IMG/VR virus record: IMGVR_UViG_3300036985_006248
Coordinates: 110,281 to 174,280 of that record
Reading direction: 5' to 3' (one strand)
DNA: 64,000 nucleotides
From: a virus
Shown: one piece after another, positions 9,349 through 18,325 of the stretch
Position numbering within the stretch: the stretch's first letter is position 1
How the letters are laid out: the number at the start of each line of letters is the position of its first letter
The notes under the pieces: generated by a model
Seen by the model: only the letters and a program-made list of their open reading frames with translations
Database searches by the model: none
Told to the model about the DNA's origin: nothing
Translations under genes and position numbers: made by a program

Positions 9349-9806
9349 GACGCGACCTCCGTGCGGAAGACCTCATTGTGCGCCCGCTTCCACGTTGAGC
9401 GGGAAGGCACCTCCTCCTCGGACTCACACACGAGGTCACGAAGCGCCTCCCGCGGCCGGTCAATCTCAGCCAGCAGCACCTCGATGGCGGACGCCATCTC
9501 CTTCGGAACCGGGTGGACGAAGCCTCGCACCTGCACCATTGCCTCGGGGTCGCTGTGCTTCTTCGGGAAACAGCCTTTCGTCGGGCAGTAGAAGCCGACA
9601 GAGCCACCGTCAACCTGCGCCGCACCGCACCGCTCGCAGCCACCATCAGCCGCATCAACCTCGGGAATGGCTGCGATTGCGTCGAGGTAGCCGTTCAGCT
9701 CGGCGTTCTTGGCCTCCAGTTCCGCGACGCGGGCTTGTAACGCCGTAACCCACGGTGTGCCGTCCAAGCAGTCTTCACATATGCAATCGCTAAAGTGTTT
9801 GCTCAT
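9345..9806 (-). CDS. hypothetical protein in a GC-rich island
   Basis: Start with GGA RBS; coiled coil ARVAELEAKNAELNG; CxxC pairs; strongly GC-ending codons. Confidence 0.65.
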   Translation of the reverse strand: MSKHFSDCICEDCLDGTPWVTALQARVAELEAKNAELNGYLDAIAAIPEVDAADGGCERCGAAQVDGGSVGFYCPTKGCFPKKHSDPEAMVQVRGFVHPVPKEMASAIEVLLAEIDRPREALRDLVCESEEEVPSRSTWKRAHNEVFRTEVAS

Positions 9807-9811
9807 AATTT

Positions 9812-9913
9812 TTAGTCCTTAAAGTAAATGTTATTGCGATCCATCCACGACCAGACAAGCAACAAAACTAAAATAGCTGTATCAATTCCAGCAGTATAAT
9901 AATCAATATCCAT
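9812..9913 (-). CDS. small membrane protein (33 aa)
   Basis: Manual translation MDIDYYTAGIDTAILVLLLVWSWMDRNNIYFKD; fills the gap in the operon. Confidence 0.45.
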   Translation of the reverse strand: MDIDYYTAGIDTAILVLLLVWSWMDRNNIYFKD

Positions 9914-10175
9914 ATCTTTCTCTATCTAGGTCGCCTGCCGTTTCTGGCGAAGCGAGTCTAAGTTTATACAATTCAGCACGCGCTTCATCGCGTTCTCTCA
10001 TAAATCTCTCATCATTTTCTTCTTTTGCCTTTTTATATGAATCGCGTTCCTTACGCATAGTTTCATAATCATTAAGCAAATCAGATAAGTGTTTCTCGTC
10101 TGCAATATTCATAGTGCCGCGAGCTACCATGTTAATACAATTTTCATAAGCTGAAAGCTTTATCTTAGGAGTCAT
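9903..10175 (-). CDS. hypothetical coiled-coil protein
   Basis: ERDEARAE coiled coil; in operon. Confidence 0.55.
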   Translation of the reverse strand: MTPKIKLSAYENCINMVARGTMNIADEKHLSDLLNDYETMRKERDSYKKAKEENDERFMRERDEARAELYKLRLASPETAGDLDRERYGY

Positions 10176-10417
10176 ATCACATCCTCTATAATCAAGGGGG
10201 TATCAAGTACAATCTTTCTACAAGACTTTGACACGTTGTTCGAACCCTTAAAGCTCAATGAACAAGCCATTCTTTGTTGGTTTGCTACTTGATTAAGTAA
10301 ATCACTATTTTCCTGCTTGAGATCATTGATATACATCATAAACTGATCTCGTGAAACAAAAAAATCATTTCCATTACATTCTTCCGCTACAAGGAAATGA
10401 ATATCTTCATATTTCAT
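10172..10417 (-). CDS. hypothetical protein
   Basis: AGGA RBS; 4-bp overlap. Confidence 0.55.
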   Translation of the reverse strand: MKYEDIHFLVAEECNGNDFFVSRDQFMMYINDLKQENSDLLNQVANQQRMACSLSFKGSNNVSKSCRKIVLDTPLIIEDVI

Positions 10418-10585
10418 GGTTTTATCCTTTTTAGCCTACCAGATGCTTAGTGCTTTTCCACTCAGTAATAATTTTCCAGAAGAGGTGCAGTAAGGTGTCT
10501 CCAATATACATGTAGTTTGTATGCCATGCAACCCAAATCTTTTTTTCTTTATATATAAGAATACTGCCGATGGTAAAATCAGTTT

Positions 10586-10813
10586 TCATAACTTTAACCA
10601 CTCCTCTAAATATTCTTTAAACGCACTGATTTCTAACTCGCTATGTGAGCGTACTCTGTTTTCTTTATTATGAATAAAGTTATCGTGCCAATAGACTTTA
10701 TATACCCCCGTTTCCGCATCGACATAGACTATTGTTCCACAGCAGAAATGATCTGTATTCCATCTTGAGTGGTATTTTGCTCTGACAACCATTTCACTCA
10801 CTTTGTGCGTCAT
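10586..10813 (-). CDS. hypothetical protein (probable start MTHKV)
   Basis: Start reassigned to avoid overlap with the upstream gene. Confidence 0.5.
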   Translation of the reverse strand: MTHKVSEMVVRAKYHSRWNTDHFCCGTIVYVDAETGVYKVYWHDNFIHNKENRVRSHSELEISAFKEYLEEWLKL

Positions 10814-10817
10814 TGCC

Positions 10818-11654
10818 TTATTCTTCTCCAATCCTTTTTCTATGATTGCCTTTGAATAAAGTTTTCGGCTTGTCATAAAGAGAACTTTGCTCAGATGCTA
10901 TATATTTTTTGTAGCTTTCCCAACTACTAATTTCATGATACCAAGGTAAGTCTATCACGGTAGCATCAGTTCTATCAAGACCTTTAAATACAGCAGCCAA
11001 ATCATAATATCTTGCACTTTTTTCTGCCCATTCTTCTGCCTGTTTATGCTTAACAATATCGCGACAACGGAAAAAATCTTCAGCACCAAACGTAAATGGT
11101 ATATGCAGATTATCTTTTACAGTTTGTCCGTTATGCGAATATATGACATTCTTCTTTGAAGACAATAAGGCTCTATTTTCTCGGATGGATTCGTCTGGCA
11201 TAATACCATATGGAAACGAACAAAAGAACTTCTCTGGGGCTATCCATTTGCTTATAAAGTTTGATATACGGTAAGCACTATCGGCACCATATAAAACACT
11301 CCATCCAAGACAGTCGCGTTTTATCCTATCTTTTGGATGAATAGGAACATAATATATACTAATTTCTTTAACTTTCTTATAAGCCGTGGGCGTCATAATA
11401 AGATAGCATGGATCTAATATTACGTCTCCGACTCGCTTTCTTACTATGGGCTGCGTACCCATATGTCCAACTACCCAAATTGTTTCGCACCCAGCCAGCG
11501 CACATTGAAATACTGCTCGTTCAACTGCTAGATAATCTTTTGATATTGGTATCATACTATCATGCCAAGGCATATTGAAGTCTAGTGGCTGTCCACCAAT
11601 CGGTACAATGCCAGCTAAATGCTGAATGTTGTTTTGTTTGTCTATTATTTCCAT
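10818..11654 (-). CDS. sugar-nucleotidyltransferase (NTP_transferase)-like protein, degenerate motif
   Basis: AGIVPIGG...MIPI...AVERAVFQCALAGCETIWVV mirrors the N-terminus of GlmU/RmlA-type transferases. Confidence 0.55.
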   Translation of the reverse strand: MEIIDKQNNIQHLAGIVPIGGQPLDFNMPWHDSMIPISKDYLAVERAVFQCALAGCETIWVVGHMGTQPIVRKRVGDVILDPCYLIMTPTAYKKVKEISIYYVPIHPKDRIKRDCLGWSVLYGADSAYRISNFISKWIAPEKFFCSFPYGIMPDESIRENRALLSSKKNVIYSHNGQTVKDNLHIPFTFGAEDFFRCRDIVKHKQAEEWAEKSARYYDLAAVFKGLDRTDATVIDLPWYHEISSWESYKKYIASEQSSLYDKPKTLFKGNHRKRIGEE

Positions 11655-11657
11655 AAA

Positions 11658-12404
11658 TTAGTATAGCATACTAATGCTGCTGGGCAAGTCTTTATAGATG
11701 TTTTTTCCTAAAGGGTATATGTCACGTCTTAAAGGTGTTAACTTAGGAGGTAAGAAACATTCATTTGTTTTATCCCATTTACCTTTTATACCAGAAGCTT
11801 TCATGCTTTTGATAGTTTTTAATCTTACGATGCTTTGGTCATAATCACTATTGAGTAAATCAGCATCACTTATCTTCGATACTGCCAATAAATCTTTTTT
11901 GGTGATATTCTTATAAAACCGTGTTGATGGATAAAAATAGATCTTTTTAACAAAGTCTTCTTTTTCGTCAACTATAAAATCAAGCGGGTGTAAAACTCCG
12001 CGATTTACATCAAACCAATCGATTACCCAATTTTTATCATCTGTTTTACCAGTTGGCGGCGGTAGACCTTCGACTCCATAATCATCGCTGATTACTAAAT
12101 GATTAAATTTTATTTTGCAGACTAAGCTATATCTTGTGACAGCTTTTAAAATATTATCTTCTTGTAAGCGCAAAGAGACTATCTTATCACTAAATGGCAG
12201 CAACTGAGACATAGATAGAGCATATGCCATTTCATCCCATATAGCAATACTTCTTTGCCAGTTTTCTCTTTCATTGTACTTATAAGGTCTTAAAACTCTG
12301 GAATAAATTGCTGGGCATTGATGTTCATAACAATAAGCCAACGCACCCAAATCGCTACCAATAACCAAACGGTCATAAGATAGTTCAAGGGTGCGCTGTA
12401 TCAT
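11658..12404 (-). CDS. Rossmann/FAD-binding-like protein, degenerate motif
   Basis: YDRLVIGSDLGALAY resembles YDVIVIGxGxxG. Confidence 0.35.
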   Translation of the reverse strand: MIQRTLELSYDRLVIGSDLGALAYCYEHQCPAIYSRVLRPYKYNERENWQRSIAIWDEMAYALSMSQLLPFSDKIVSLRLQEDNILKAVTRYSLVCKIKFNHLVISDDYGVEGLPPPTGKTDDKNWVIDWFDVNRGVLHPLDFIVDEKEDFVKKIYFYPSTRFYKNITKKDLLAVSKISDADLLNSDYDQSIVRLKTIKSMKASGIKGKWDKTNECFLPPKLTPLRRDIYPLGKNIYKDLPSSISMLY

Positions 12405-12412
12405 GTGTGTTA

Positions 12413-13237
12413 TTATAATTCTTTCTCAGATCTTTGTTTATACATGTGTAGGGCAAAATCTACTGGCTTGGCCAACGAACCATTTGAGTATTCTTCACCT
12501 TCAGGAGCTTCGCTAATAAGACCTGCCTTATCATAAAACATTAAAATCATCTCTTTTGGAATAAAGTTTTGTTTTTTTAAGAGTCTTCTTATGATAATAT
12601 AGTCATTACCAGCTTTGCACTTCTCAAGCATCTTATAAAGAAGTTCCGTCTTCGTCTCTTCATTAACAGAGTATTCTTTGGTGAGATATTTTTCTATCCG
12701 TCTCAACAAAAAATCTCCAGAATAATTATCTATACGAATATTCTTTTCTGTTTCTATTTTTTCCCAATCTTCAACCATCCAAACCTTCTTACCATCTGTT
12801 GCAATCTTACAATTAGAGATATCAAACCGGTTTAATACAGTTGTTGGACAACCAACGTTCTTGAAAATAAATTGGTGTTTGACACCATAAAGCATACCCT
12901 CGTATGCAAACCCACCAAAACTGTTTGGCACACAAGGGCGAGGAGCAAGTTTTCCGTATACGTTGTCTAACTGACCTCCTAGCGCGAGAAACTTATCGAC
13001 TGCTTTTTCACAATCTTTTTGTGTATAATAGAAGAAGTCAATGTCTCCCTTCTTAAGATTTTGTAAGTCCATAAGAGCAGTCTGTGCCGACGCATTCAAA
13101 ATTACTTTTCTAAGGAACCCTCCAGCGATATAACCATTATCAAATAAGTGTTTGTAGCCGCTTCCATTATCAAAAAAATGAGGAAAGTCTGGAACGCTTT
13201 TAATCAACCAACTAATGTCTTTTTCAATGATGTTCAT
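12413..13237 (-). CDS. CCA-adding/poly(A) polymerase-like nucleotidyltransferase
   Basis: YIAGGFLR, GDIDFF and RFDISNC motifs; start MNIIEK after GGAGG. Confidence 0.7.
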   Translation of the reverse strand: MNIIEKDISWLIKSVPDFPHFFDNGSGYKHLFDNGYIAGGFLRKVILNASAQTALMDLQNLKKGDIDFFYYTQKDCEKAVDKFLALGGQLDNVYGKLAPRPCVPNSFGGFAYEGMLYGVKHQFIFKNVGCPTTVLNRFDISNCKIATDGKKVWMVEDWEKIETEKNIRIDNYSGDFLLRRIEKYLTKEYSVNEETKTELLYKMLEKCKAGNDYIIIRRLLKKQNFIPKEMILMFYDKAGLISEAPEGEEYSNGSLAKPVDFALHMYKQRSEKEL

Positions 13238-13253
13238 GTAACCTCCAAGGAAT

Positions 13254-13282
13254 AGACTATCGTAAAAAAAGAAACCCGTCAA
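13254..13282 (-). promoter_or_regulatory. sigma70-type promoter overlapping the thyX terminator
   Basis: TTGACG-N17-TAGTCT. Confidence 0.55.
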
Positions 13283-13295
13283 GCTCAAAGACGGG
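13264..13295 (-). terminator. rho-independent terminator
   Basis: CCCGTC/GACGGG stem plus T-tract after thyX. Confidence 0.7.
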
Positions 13296-13323
13296 CTTTA
13301 AAAAGATAATTGTTGCACATTCA

Positions 13324-14034
13324 TTACTTGATTCTTAATTCATTATATGCTTTGATTGTTTCTGGAAAAAGATCTTCAGATATCTTTAAGCATGCATTCG
13401 CTACTTGTGTTATTTCCCATTGCGCGCCTTCATGAGAACGCAGTTCAATAAACTTGAATAAATTATTTAAGTTGACTGTCCCATAATATTCAGTATATAA
13501 GTTCTGCGGCAATACTCCCCGTGCCTGTTCTCGACAAACACCTGCTTTCATTAAATCTTCATATAGCTCAACTGACTGCCGATTGTGGTAAACCACCAAC
13601 TCGTTAGCATACATCCCGAGATTTTTGTTTCCTTCCAAAATGATTGGGTTAACAAGCTGTTGTGAGTTGCTAGCCTGCCGGTTGTTGGCGTGTTGAGTAC
13701 GAAAAGACTTTGGTTCATAGAATTGCAGGTTTTCATCAGTATAACGACGAGAAATTTCGTTATAGCTCCAAGTGCGGTGCCTGTGATGCTGTGAACGAAT
13801 AAACAACGGAACAACAAACTTGAAAGTAATCAAGTTGTGCTCAAGAGTTGAAGTGTGTCGATGTTTGATGAGATATCGAATAAGCTTTTTATCTTTTTCA
13901 TCAAGAGCATTGTCATTATCTTGACCAAAACTAACTCGCGCACTGTTCACAATTTTTTTATCATTTCCCATATGCTCAACATATTGTACTCTACCGATGT
14001 TGTCGCCATATAAATAGATTGTATCGTTTATCAT
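13324..14034 (-). CDS. thyX: flavin-dependent thymidylate synthase
   Basis: ARVS, HTSTLEH, RHRTWSYNEISRRY, AREQARGVLP-type motif, LRSHEGAQWEI. Confidence 0.97.
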   Translation of the reverse strand: MINDTIYLYGDNIGRVQYVEHMGNDKKIVNSARVSFGQDNDNALDEKDKKLIRYLIKHRHTSTLEHNLITFKFVVPLFIRSQHHRHRTWSYNEISRRYTDENLQFYEPKSFRTQHANNRQASNSQQLVNPIILEGNKNLGMYANELVVYHNRQSVELYEDLMKAGVCREQARGVLPQNLYTEYYGTVNLNNLFKFIELRSHEGAQWEITQVANACLKISEDLFPETIKAYNELRIK

Positions 14035-14309
14035 CGATAGAATACTCCATATATTGCCGCTTCTGGCACAAGCAGGTAAACATTACCAAAAGCCTTTATT
14101 TCTTCAACCATGTTAGCTGGAACTAAAACGAGATTATTAACTGAATCGACATAAGGAGATCCGCTTGACGCAGCAAGCAGCCTTACAACTTTGTGAAGTT
14201 CTTTAGTCTTGTAGTCGTCTGGCAGAATGAAGCCAGAGGATTGACCCTCTGGCTTTTTTTCTTCTACCATTTCGACCAAGAGATACTTATTTTTTGGACG
14301 AAATTGCAT
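14031..14309 (-). CDS. groES: co-chaperonin GroES-like
   Basis: FRPKNKYLLVE, SSGFILPD, LVPEAAIYG. Confidence 0.75.
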   Translation of the reverse strand: MQFRPKNKYLLVEMVEEKKPEGQSSGFILPDDYKTKELHKVVRLLAASSGSPYVDSVNNLVLVPANMVEEIKAFGNVYLLVPEAAIYGVFYR

Positions 14310-14322
14310 TTTATATCCTTCT

Positions 14323-14583
14323 TTACTTGACTTTATTAAACATGTCTACAAACTTATCAATGTCGAGGTCACCATGCTTGGCGAAGTTATAAGCCTTGGA
14401 CACATACTTCATATCTTCCTTCGACAGCCAATCATTCTCAACATAATTCTTCTTCAAATCAGTCTTCTGCTCCTTAAAAGGTTGCATAGCCTGCTCAACA
14501 GCAGCAATAGCACGAACAAAATCCTTAATACGTTCTTCCTTGGACTTCGGCTTATCTGTTACATTATCAACGCTGTATGACAT
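14323..14583 (-). CDS. dsDNA-binding protein (T4 DsbA/GapR-like)
   Basis: IKDFVRAIAAVEQAMQPFKEQKTDLKK helical pattern. Confidence 0.5.
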   Translation of the reverse strand: MSYSVDNVTDKPKSKEERIKDFVRAIAAVEQAMQPFKEQKTDLKKNYVENDWLSKEDMKYVSKAYNFAKHGDLDIDKFVDMFNKVK

Positions 14584-14593
14584 AGTGTTTTCC

Positions 14594-14848
14594 TTATGGG
14601 GTTATATGCTTCTGAATTTCTCCAGAAAGTTCGTTGTACTTCTCCTCTAATGTACCATGTGCTTCTGCTTCTTGCAACAGATCTAAATCTATTTTAATTC
14701 CCACTTCTTTATTATCCACTAGGAGCTTACGGAAGAAAACAAAGTCATCGGGCGAATAATAAGTTTCATATGAAAATCTTACAGTGTGTTTAGAACGTTT
14801 TGATAATTCATTTTCTAATACTTTTTGATTAAACATAGAACTCTCCAA
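14594..14848 (-). CDS. hypothetical protein
   Basis: ORF in operon. Confidence 0.5.
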   Translation of the reverse strand: MESSMFNQKVLENELSKRSKHTVRFSYETYYSPDDFVFFRKLLVDNKEVGIKIDLDLLQEAEAHGTLEEKYNELSGEIQKHITP

Positions 14849-14887
14849 AATAAAACAGCACTACGGTATTGTTGTACCATAGTGCTG
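14847..14887 (-). terminator. rho-independent terminator
   Basis: CAGCACTA/TAGTGCTG stem plus T-rich tail. Confidence 0.65.
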
Positions 14888-14944
14888 CTCACCAGTTAAG
14901 GAGAAATAATATTAGCTTTTCTTTTTGCGATTACTGGTTCAGAC

Positions 14945-15193
14945 TTATTCTTCTTCTTCCGACTCATTCATATCGTCTGCTGCTTCTCTGTCAGCGCGGT
15001 AATCGTTATCTTCATGGTCAGAATCTGGGTTGCTTGGTGTTTTTGTCCCATAAGTTGCCGATACTTTCTTCCCGTAACGCATTTTTACTGGCTTCTTTGA
15101 AGGAACGGGCGCTTGTTCTTTTTCGCTTTCCTCGATGGCTTTTTGCATTTCTTCTTTAATAAGGTTCTTCAAATAGTCTTTTGTAACTTTCAT
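14945..15193 (-). CDS. acidic small protein with shared N-terminal leader
   Basis: MKVTKDYLKNLIKEEM leader. Confidence 0.65.
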   Translation of the reverse strand: MKVTKDYLKNLIKEEMQKAIEESEKEQAPVPSKKPVKMRYGKKVSATYGTKTPSNPDSDHEDNDYRADREAADDMNESEEEE

Positions 15194-15214
15194 TTTTTTA
15201 TTTTCCTTTGTTAT
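15180..15214. repeat. 35-bp exact repeat (RBS plus start cassette), copy 1
   Basis: Identical to 53646-53680; near-identical to 53359-53390. Confidence 0.9.
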
Positions 15215-15217
15215 TTC

Positions 15218-18061
15218 TTAATAACACTTACTCCACCCACAACCGTCCTTACAAGTAGCACATCCATCTTGATATACTAATTTGCTATTGCATTCTGGAC
15301 AGTTGGAAGTTGAACCTGTAACTTCTTCGCCTTCTTTAATATATAGTTTTAACACCCTTGCAACTGCCTTACTAAATGTAGTCATACTTGTTGTTTCGCT
15401 CTTTAAAATTTGCTCTACAACAAATTTGACATCAGCACCATGACGTAATGAAAGAGATACCAAGCGAGTTAAGTCAGAATATTGTGTATTCTCAAATGCT
15501 TCCTTAATATCTACTGCTTCGACAGCTATATCATCAACCTGCAATAGATAATGACCTGATTTTTTCTTTATGATTTCGCCAATTTTTATATTTGTGGGAA
15601 TCTCAATCTTATCAGCTAATCCACCAAATACTTCGTATGGCTTACCATCGAATAACCCAACAAGGATTAACCACTTTTCACCCTTGACTGATACATGATG
15701 TATACCACAATTCAATGATTGCTTGCGCTTAATAGCCGCGTGTTGCTTAAAAGTATCTTTTTTAGTTTCTGTCGTTATGAGAACACCATCACGGCTGCCA
15801 TCTACATATACTGTGATTCCCTTAAGACCCAAACGCCATCCATTCATATACAATTCACCAACAACTTCTGGTGTGGTTCCCTTTGGTAGATTAATGGTAG
15901 AAGAAATTGAATGGTCGATATATTTTTGTATAGTTGCTTGTATTCTTACTCTGTTTTGCCAATTGATATTGTCGCTCTCTACGAAAAAATCAGGAGTTAT
16001 ATCTGTGTTGGCAAATTTCAAATATTCTTGAACGTTCTTATGATAAACCTTGAAGTTTATCCATCGATCTCCCATGTCATCAACAAAATCTGGCTTTGTA
16101 TCTTGCTCAGAATGGTCGAGTTTTCTGCGACGGGTATAAGAATTCTTAAAAACTGGCTCTATGCCAGAAGACGTTTGCGATTCAATAGACACTGAACCAG
16201 TGGGCGCATTTGTCAAAAGAGCGATGTTTCTACGTCCAGCTTTTGCCATCTTTTCTTTAATTTCTTCTGGAAGGCGCTGAATAAAATCATTATTCTTTTC
16301 CAACTCCCAATCAAAGATTGGAAAGGCTCCCCGCTCTTCAGCTAAATCAACGCTAGTCGAATAGGCAGCGTCACGGAAACAGTTATAGATTTTATCTATT
16401 AAGGCAATTCCCTCTTCGGAATCATAGCGTATTCCGCATCGTGCAACAGCATCAGCCAAACCATGAGTTCCTAAACCAGTTCGACGGCCATTTCGGCATG
16501 CATTCAGTAATTTATTCCAAAGTTCTTTCTCGCTTTCTGTGTCACATAAATTGATTATATTAACCAGTTTTTCAATTTCTAAATCAATTAAATCATCCGA
16601 TAGGCGCATTGCCATTTTCGTTACTCGCTCTAACTTTTCCATATCCATCTGAGCATCTTTAGTAAAAGCATTTGTTACTAAGTGTTTCAGATTTATACTT
16701 ATCAAGCGACAGCTATCGTAAGCAGAGAGGGGAATTTCTCCACAGTTTTTTACACAGAAACCCGAAGTAACAACTCCCTTTTCATCACTTACTTTGGTTA
16801 TAACATGATAATTGTGATTGTCATCGACTGTTATATTATATACGTCCTCTTGCCCAACATATTCTACAGAAACCACTTTATGGATATTCGATTCAAAAGA
16901 ATTAAATGGATAAAGGCTGTCACCGGGCTTTAAATCTTTTAATTGAGTGTAAGACAAATCTCTCTTTAAAATGCGGTGGTCGGGTGTCGCTCTAAATGTG
17001 GAACCGTCATCGAGAGTTAATTTCCAGATTTCCTTTGCTTGACCTGTCAAACGAGGATTTCTACCCATCTTTATTTCCACTTGTCCTGATACTAAATTAG
17101 TAGAATAAACAGGAACATCTTTTCCCTCTTTAGTGAGTTGTCCGATTGAGACATAATTTCGTCCATCTGCGACGGCAATCAAAGTATCACTTGTTATGCA
17201 AGGGTTCGTGGTAAGAGTCTTAAATGATGGATAGCAGTGTGCAGGAAGATTATTAATGATATTATCCCACATCAACAAACCCGGCTCTGCTGATTTAGTA
17301 GCAGAGTTGATTATTACATTCCATAGGTCTTTAGCCTTAATGGTCTTAGTAAAAGTAGGAGCGGTTGAACCAACGGGATAGTGCAAGACAAAATCTGAAT
17401 CTGTCTCAACAGCTTTCATAAAGTCATCAGTTACACGGATAGAGACATTAGCACCAGTAACTTTCTTTAAATCCTGCTTCATAAGCGCAAACTTCTCTAC
17501 GTCTGGGTGCCGAACATCGATGGAAATCATCAATGCTCCACGACGACCGTTTTGTCCTATCATACGGCAGACATAAGAATAGAAATCCGCAAAGGACCAT
17601 GCACCTGTAGTAGTGCCTGCACTATTATTAACCTTGGCGTTTTCTGGGCGTAATGTCGTTATGTCTACACCAACGCCGCAACGACGCTTGAATAAGTTAG
17701 CTAAATCTTTCCCAGCATCCATAATGGAAGTGACATTATCTGCTGGATTGTCTACAACTACACAGTTACTCAAAGAAGAAAGAGAATAATTATTTCCAAT
17801 ACCATACATTGGTGAGCCTTGTGGCACCACCCATTTAAAATCTTTAAAAAGATTAAAGATTTCTTCTTCGGAAATAGGGTTAGGATATTTTTTTTCAATA
17901 CGTGCAAACTCCTTAGCCAACCGACGATGCATATCATCAGGAGTTAATTCAAGAAAGCCTTCATCATTCTTTAAGGCATATTTAAAAAATACGTTTGTGG
18001 CAAGTTCGTCATCATTAAAATATTTCTTCGTGGCTTCCAATACTTGTTCTTTTTTGTACAT
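15218..18061 (-). CDS. nrdJ: class II (B12-dependent) ribonucleotide reductase with intein
   Basis: PQGSPM, SNCVV, TNP/CGE, RRTGLG, APTGS, GLKGITVY; C-terminal zinc ribbon. Confidence 0.92.
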   Translation of the reverse strand: MYKKEQVLEATKKYFNDDELATNVFFKYALKNDEGFLELTPDDMHRRLAKEFARIEKKYPNPISEEEIFNLFKDFKWVVPQGSPMYGIGNNYSLSSLSNCVVVDNPADNVTSIMDAGKDLANLFKRRCGVGVDITTLRPENAKVNNSAGTTTGAWSFADFYSYVCRMIGQNGRRGALMISIDVRHPDVEKFALMKQDLKKVTGANVSIRVTDDFMKAVETDSDFVLHYPVGSTAPTFTKTIKAKDLWNVIINSATKSAEPGLLMWDNIINNLPAHCYPSFKTLTTNPCITSDTLIAVADGRNYVSIGQLTKEGKDVPVYSTNLVSGQVEIKMGRNPRLTGQAKEIWKLTLDDGSTFRATPDHRILKRDLSYTQLKDLKPGDSLYPFNSFESNIHKVVSVEYVGQEDVYNITVDDNHNYHVITKVSDEKGVVTSGFCVKNCGEIPLSAYDSCRLISINLKHLVTNAFTKDAQMDMEKLERVTKMAMRLSDDLIDLEIEKLVNIINLCDTESEKELWNKLLNACRNGRRTGLGTHGLADAVARCGIRYDSEEGIALIDKIYNCFRDAAYSTSVDLAEERGAFPIFDWELEKNNDFIQRLPEEIKEKMAKAGRRNIALLTNAPTGSVSIESQTSSGIEPVFKNSYTRRRKLDHSEQDTKPDFVDDMGDRWINFKVYHKNVQEYLKFANTDITPDFFVESDNINWQNRVRIQATIQKYIDHSISSTINLPKGTTPEVVGELYMNGWRLGLKGITVYVDGSRDGVLITTETKKDTFKQHAAIKRKQSLNCGIHHVSVKGEKWLILVGLFDGKPYEVFGGLADKIEIPTNIKIGEIIKKKSGHYLLQVDDIAVEAVDIKEAFENTQYSDLTRLVSLSLRHGADVKFVVEQILKSETTSMTTFSKAVARVLKLYIKEGEEVTGSTSNCPECNSKLVYQDGCATCKDGCGWSKCY
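16745..17200 (-). mobile_element. mini-intein (152 aa) in NrdJ
   Basis: Starts CITSDT, block B TPDH, block F VYNITVDDNHNY, ends VKN before Cys of CGE. Confidence 0.93.
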
Positions 18062-18070
18062 AAACTTCCT

Positions 18071-18325
18071 TTATTGATTGATAAATGTCTTAAGCTTTTC
18101 TAAAGCTGCGCCACCACTCATGCGCGCTACTTCTTTTTCATCCTTTAATAAAACAAAAGTAGGTACAGCACGAACATCAAATTTTTCTGCTAACCATGAC
18201 TGCTCATCAACATCGACAAGCTGGTATTCTACATCATTTGTAGATTCCTTTAAGGAATTAAAAGTGGGTTTTGTACGTTGGCATGGACTACACCATTGGG
18301 CACTGAACATTATTACTTTTTTCAT
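18071..18325 (-). CDS. trxA: thioredoxin
   Basis: WCSPC, VPTF. Confidence 0.92.
   Translation of the reverse strand: MKKVIMFSAQWCSPCQRTKPTFNSLKESTNDVEYQLVDVDEQSWLAEKFDVRAVPTFVLLKDEKEVARMSGGAALEKLKTFINQ

Noticed and set aside
9313-9748. Several overlapping ORFs in the GC island
   Set aside because: Expected from stop-codon scarcity at high GC; only 9345-9806 fits the operon and has an RBS
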